Shown here in pieces: positions 61,226 through 64,000 of a DNA stretch of 64,000 nt. Below the pieces are notes generated by a model. The model made no database searches. It was given only the letters and a program-made list of their open reading frames with translations, and was not told where the DNA came from. A program made the position numbers and the translations under genes. Position 1 is the first letter of the stretch, and every line of letters begins with the position of its first letter. Source of the DNA: Flavobacteriales bacterium (GTDB lineage: Bacteria; Bacteroidota; Bacteroidia; Flavobacteriales; TMED113). Location: NCBI GenBank assembly GCA_002701365.1, contig NZUK01000012.1, positions 32,633 to 96,632 on the forward strand, written 5' to 3'.

Positions 61226-61861
61226 ATGGCCTCCAAATTTATATCTACAATTATTGAGTATAAAAATAAAATTATATTATCCGTGATCTCGTTATATGAA
61301 GCATATAAACGACCCTTACAAATCATGCTACCTTTATTAATATTATCTCTTGCAGGGTGGTTGACAAAAATTATCATTGAACCCATTCAATTTGAAAAAG
61401 AAAAGAACTATAGATATAATTTTATTAAAGAAAAACTCATTGATATTAGAAGTGCACAATTGGCATTTAAAGAAAAAAATGGACAATTTACAAATAGTTT
61501 TGACGACTTAATTTCTTTTGTCAAACTTGATTCTTTTGTATTGATACAAAAAACAGATACATTAATACAATACTACAATACCGTTTATCGTGAAATGCAA
61601 TTTAAAGACACGACACTACTTGATACACTAGGAAAAGTTAGTGTATTAGATTCATTGTTTAAAAATGGTTACCCAATAGATTCTTTAGCATTTGTACCCC
61701 CCTTAAACAAAGATCAATTTGTCATGAGAGCAGGTGTGATTAATAAATCTAAAATTGATGTACCTGTATTTGAAGCCAGAGATCCCAACCCTTATGATCC
61801 ACAAAATACATTAATTATTGGATCAACAGTTGAAGCAAACTTAAATGGAAACTGGCAATAA
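61226..61861 (+). CDS. Conserved Bacteroidota hypothetical membrane-anchored protein
   Basis: TM helix then EPIQF, LIDIRSAQ, FDDLI.FVK, VPVFEA, GS......GNW. A TAgaTTTG element at 61195-61202 supports the ATG at 61226 over 61154. Confidence 0.7.
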   Translation: MASKFISTIIEYKNKIILSVISLYEAYKRPLQIMLPLLILSLAGWLTKIIIEPIQFEKEKNYRYNFIKEKLIDIRSAQLAFKEKNGQFTNSFDDLISFVKLDSFVLIQKTDTLIQYYNTVYREMQFKDTTLLDTLGKVSVLDSLFKNGYPIDSLAFVPPLNKDQFVMRAGVINKSKIDVPVFEARDPNPYDPQNTLIIGSTVEANLNGNWQ

Positions 61862-62666
61862 TCCATTAAAAGAATTGACCGGTAATTTGAAACTAGTCTT
61901 GTATTTAGATAGTACAAAGTTTAGCTATTCTATTTTTAATACCGATAATAATTGTTTTGAAATTGTTGAAGAAAAAAATCTAAATTACAATAACAACATA
62001 AATGAGGAGATTCAGTCAATTATTAATGCCAACCAACATTTAAATAAAAAATATCCCACTACATTGCTAGCCATTGACCTAGGCCCATCTACCTTGATCC
62101 CTGAAGTCTTATTTGAAGAAAAGTATATTGAAAAATATATTGATTTAACATCTAATAAAAACCAAGATAATACATGTTATTATTCTAAACAACAATTTAC
62201 AGATTGCTACTCCATCTCAAGTGTAAATCATGAATTAATGGACTTATTAAAAAATTATTTTCAAAAAATAAAAATCAAACCCTTTAGTTCAATTTTTATT
62301 GACTACGCTATTAATTTAAATAAAAAAACAAAAGAGCTGTATGTTCAAATTAATGCTTATAATTTTCACATGACACTAGTCAATAATAAACAATTAGAAT
62401 TTTATAATAAATTTGAATTTCGTAATACAAATGATTTTGTTTACTATTTTATGAACTGCATAAATAATCTTGATTTTGAAACTGAAAAAAATGCTATTAA
62501 TATAACCAGTGAATTAAACCCCGATCATATTTTAATTGAAACAATAAAAAAATATATTACAATAAAATTTATAAATAGACCAACCCATTTTTTATATAAA
62601 GATTCAATTATAAAAAATAGATCTTACCAAAACCACAACCTATTTAGCCAATTAATATGCGAATAG
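61845..62666 (+). CDS. DUF3822 family protein
   Basis: TLIPE.LF, L.FYN.F...NDFVYY; typical position upstream of rsmD. Confidence 0.75.
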   Translation: METGNNPLKELTGNLKLVLYLDSTKFSYSIFNTDNNCFEIVEEKNLNYNNNINEEIQSIINANQHLNKKYPTTLLAIDLGPSTLIPEVLFEEKYIEKYIDLTSNKNQDNTCYYSKQQFTDCYSISSVNHELMDLLKNYFQKIKIKPFSSIFIDYAINLNKKTKELYVQINAYNFHMTLVNNKQLEFYNKFEFRNTNDFVYYFMNCINNLDFETEKNAINITSELNPDHILIETIKKYITIKFINRPTHFLYKDSIIKNRSYQNHNLFSQLICE

Positions 62667-63199
62667 TTTCTGGAGAATATAAAAATCGTCGCATAGAATT
62701 CACTCAGCTAAACATAAGACCTACAACAGACTTTGCAAAAGAAAGTTTATTTAACATACTTAATAATATGTATGATTTTAATAAAACTTCAACACTAGAT
62801 TTATTTGCAGGTTCAGGTAACATTAGTTATGAGTTTATATCTAGGGGATGTTATCAAGTAACTTCAATTGAAAAAAATATTAATTGCACTAGATTCATAA
62901 AAAAAATAAAATCTAAACTGAACATGATAAATCTTAATATCAAAACAGGAATAGTCAAAAAATACTTAAATAAAACAACTCAAAAGTTTGACATCATTTT
63001 TGCTGACCCGCCTTACAAATACAATCAAAGTGACTATAATCAAATAATTGAATTAGTATTTAGTAAAAATATTCTAAATCACAACGGAATACTTATCATT
63101 GAACATTCAAAATTTATTAAATTTGATAACAGTCCATTCTTGTATGATACAAGAAAGTATGGAAGTGTTAATTTTACCTTTTTCAATAATGAAAAATAA
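62657..63199 (+). CDS. rsmD: 16S rRNA m2G966 methyltransferase RsmD
   Basis: MRIVSG, RPTTDFAKESLFNIL, LDLFAGSG, FADPPY. Confidence 0.93.
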   Translation: MRIVSGEYKNRRIEFTQLNIRPTTDFAKESLFNILNNMYDFNKTSTLDLFAGSGNISYEFISRGCYQVTSIEKNINCTRFIKKIKSKLNMINLNIKTGIVKKYLNKTTQKFDIIFADPPYKYNQSDYNQIIELVFSKNILNHNGILIIEHSKFIKFDNSPFLYDTRKYGSVNFTFFNNEK

Positions 63200-63665
63200 T
63201 TTCGCCATATTTCCTGGGAGTTTTGACCCAATTACCAACGGTCATGTTGATATTGTACATCGTGCATTAAAAATATTTGACAATATCATTATTGCTATTG
63301 GAGCTAATAAAAAAAAAGAATATATGTTTAGCATCCAAGATCGCATCAAAATGATTAATACAGTTTTCAAAGACAACTCTCGAGTCATAATAAAATCTTA
63401 TGATGGACTAACTGTTCAATTCTGTGAAAAAAATAATACTAGAATAATTATTAGAGGAATCCGGAATCATTTAGACTTGGAATATGAAAAGAATATTGCA
63501 TTAGCAAATAATACAATGAATGAAAATATTGAAACTATTTACTTCGACAGTAGCAAGGAATACCAATTCCTATCATCTAGTATAGTCAAAGACGTAATTA
63601 GACACAAAGGATCTCTTGAGAAATTTCTGCCAAACAACATTATCAACTATATTAATTCAATCTGA
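63189..63665 (+). CDS. coaD: Phosphopantetheine adenylyltransferase
   Basis: AIFPGSFDPITNGH, IIRGIR, LSSSIVK. True start is the ATG at 63189. Confidence 0.96.
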   Translation: MKNNFAIFPGSFDPITNGHVDIVHRALKIFDNIIIAIGANKKKEYMFSIQDRIKMINTVFKDNSRVIIKSYDGLTVQFCEKNNTRIIIRGIRNHLDLEYEKNIALANNTMNENIETIYFDSSKEYQFLSSSIVKDVIRHKGSLEKFLPNNIINYINSI

Positions 63666-64000
63666 TTCTTTAACAAATCAATTATAGAAGCATATGTGTC
63701 TTTCTTAAATTCTGTATTAAGACACACCCATACTACAGATGTGATACCTTCCGACTTTTGTGGCTTTAATACCCCGGTGCTAATTAAAGACATCGGAAAC
63801 CAATATGTTATTTTTAAAACTAATTGATTGTTGGTATAATCGTCCCTATAAATATGACTTGTACAATAAATATCCTGATTAATAATTACACATTTGACAT
63901 TTGTTTCTTCATGAACTTCCCTTAGCGCAGCACTCTTATAACTTTCAGAAAAATCAACTTTTCCTTTAGGCAAATCCCAAATGTTATTTTTTTTTATCAT
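63647..64000 (-). CDS. NUDIX hydrolase; 5' end probably outside the window
   Basis: WDLPKG and Nudix box GKVDFSESYKSAALREVHEETN. Confidence 0.88.
   Translation of the reverse strand: MIKKNNIWDLPKGKVDFSESYKSAALREVHEETNVKCVIINQDIYCTSHIYRDDYTNNQLVLKITYWFPMSLISTGVLKPQKSEGITSVVWVCLNTEFKKDTYASIIDLLKNQIELI

Overview
This is an AT-rich, very compact bacterial chromosome segment from a Bacteroidota member, most likely Flavobacteriales. The assignment rests on TAnnTTTG promoters, porT/tamL/DUF5103 and T9SS cargo, the tmRNA tag GENNYALAA and a short primary sigma factor. The Na+-NQR operon and acidic secreted proteins suggest a marine lifestyle. Most of the window is core genome: apbE-nqrA-F, pruA, methylmalonyl-CoA mutase/meaB, guaB-PPIase-surA-moxR, ldh-nusB-yajC-coaE, porT, tamL-fba-accD-rpsO-pnp-rpoD-rpe, mnmA, htpG and rsmD-coaD. 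Two RNA genes missing from the ORF track were found: SRP RNA (about 26887-26983) and tmRNA (46389-46749). I saw no CRISPR array, integrase or transposase. The most interesting region is an ~11 kb cluster of secreted proteins right after tmRNA. Four unrelated enzymes there (M43 protease, PQQ dehydrogenase, Cys-repeat M12 protease, Kazal-bearing deiminase) share a short ~40 aa C-terminal motif that looks like a minimal T9SS sorting signal, and a sigma54-like promoter lies upstream of the minus-strand operon. Other oddities are a methylmalonyl-CoA mutase with small and large subunits fused in one ORF, a class I aldolase where a class II enzyme is expected, a perfect palindromic operator upstream of nqrA, an intergenic spacer that is exactly (ATT)9, and an extra C-terminal module on a PPIase. 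Family assignments come from motif recognition only; no database search was run.
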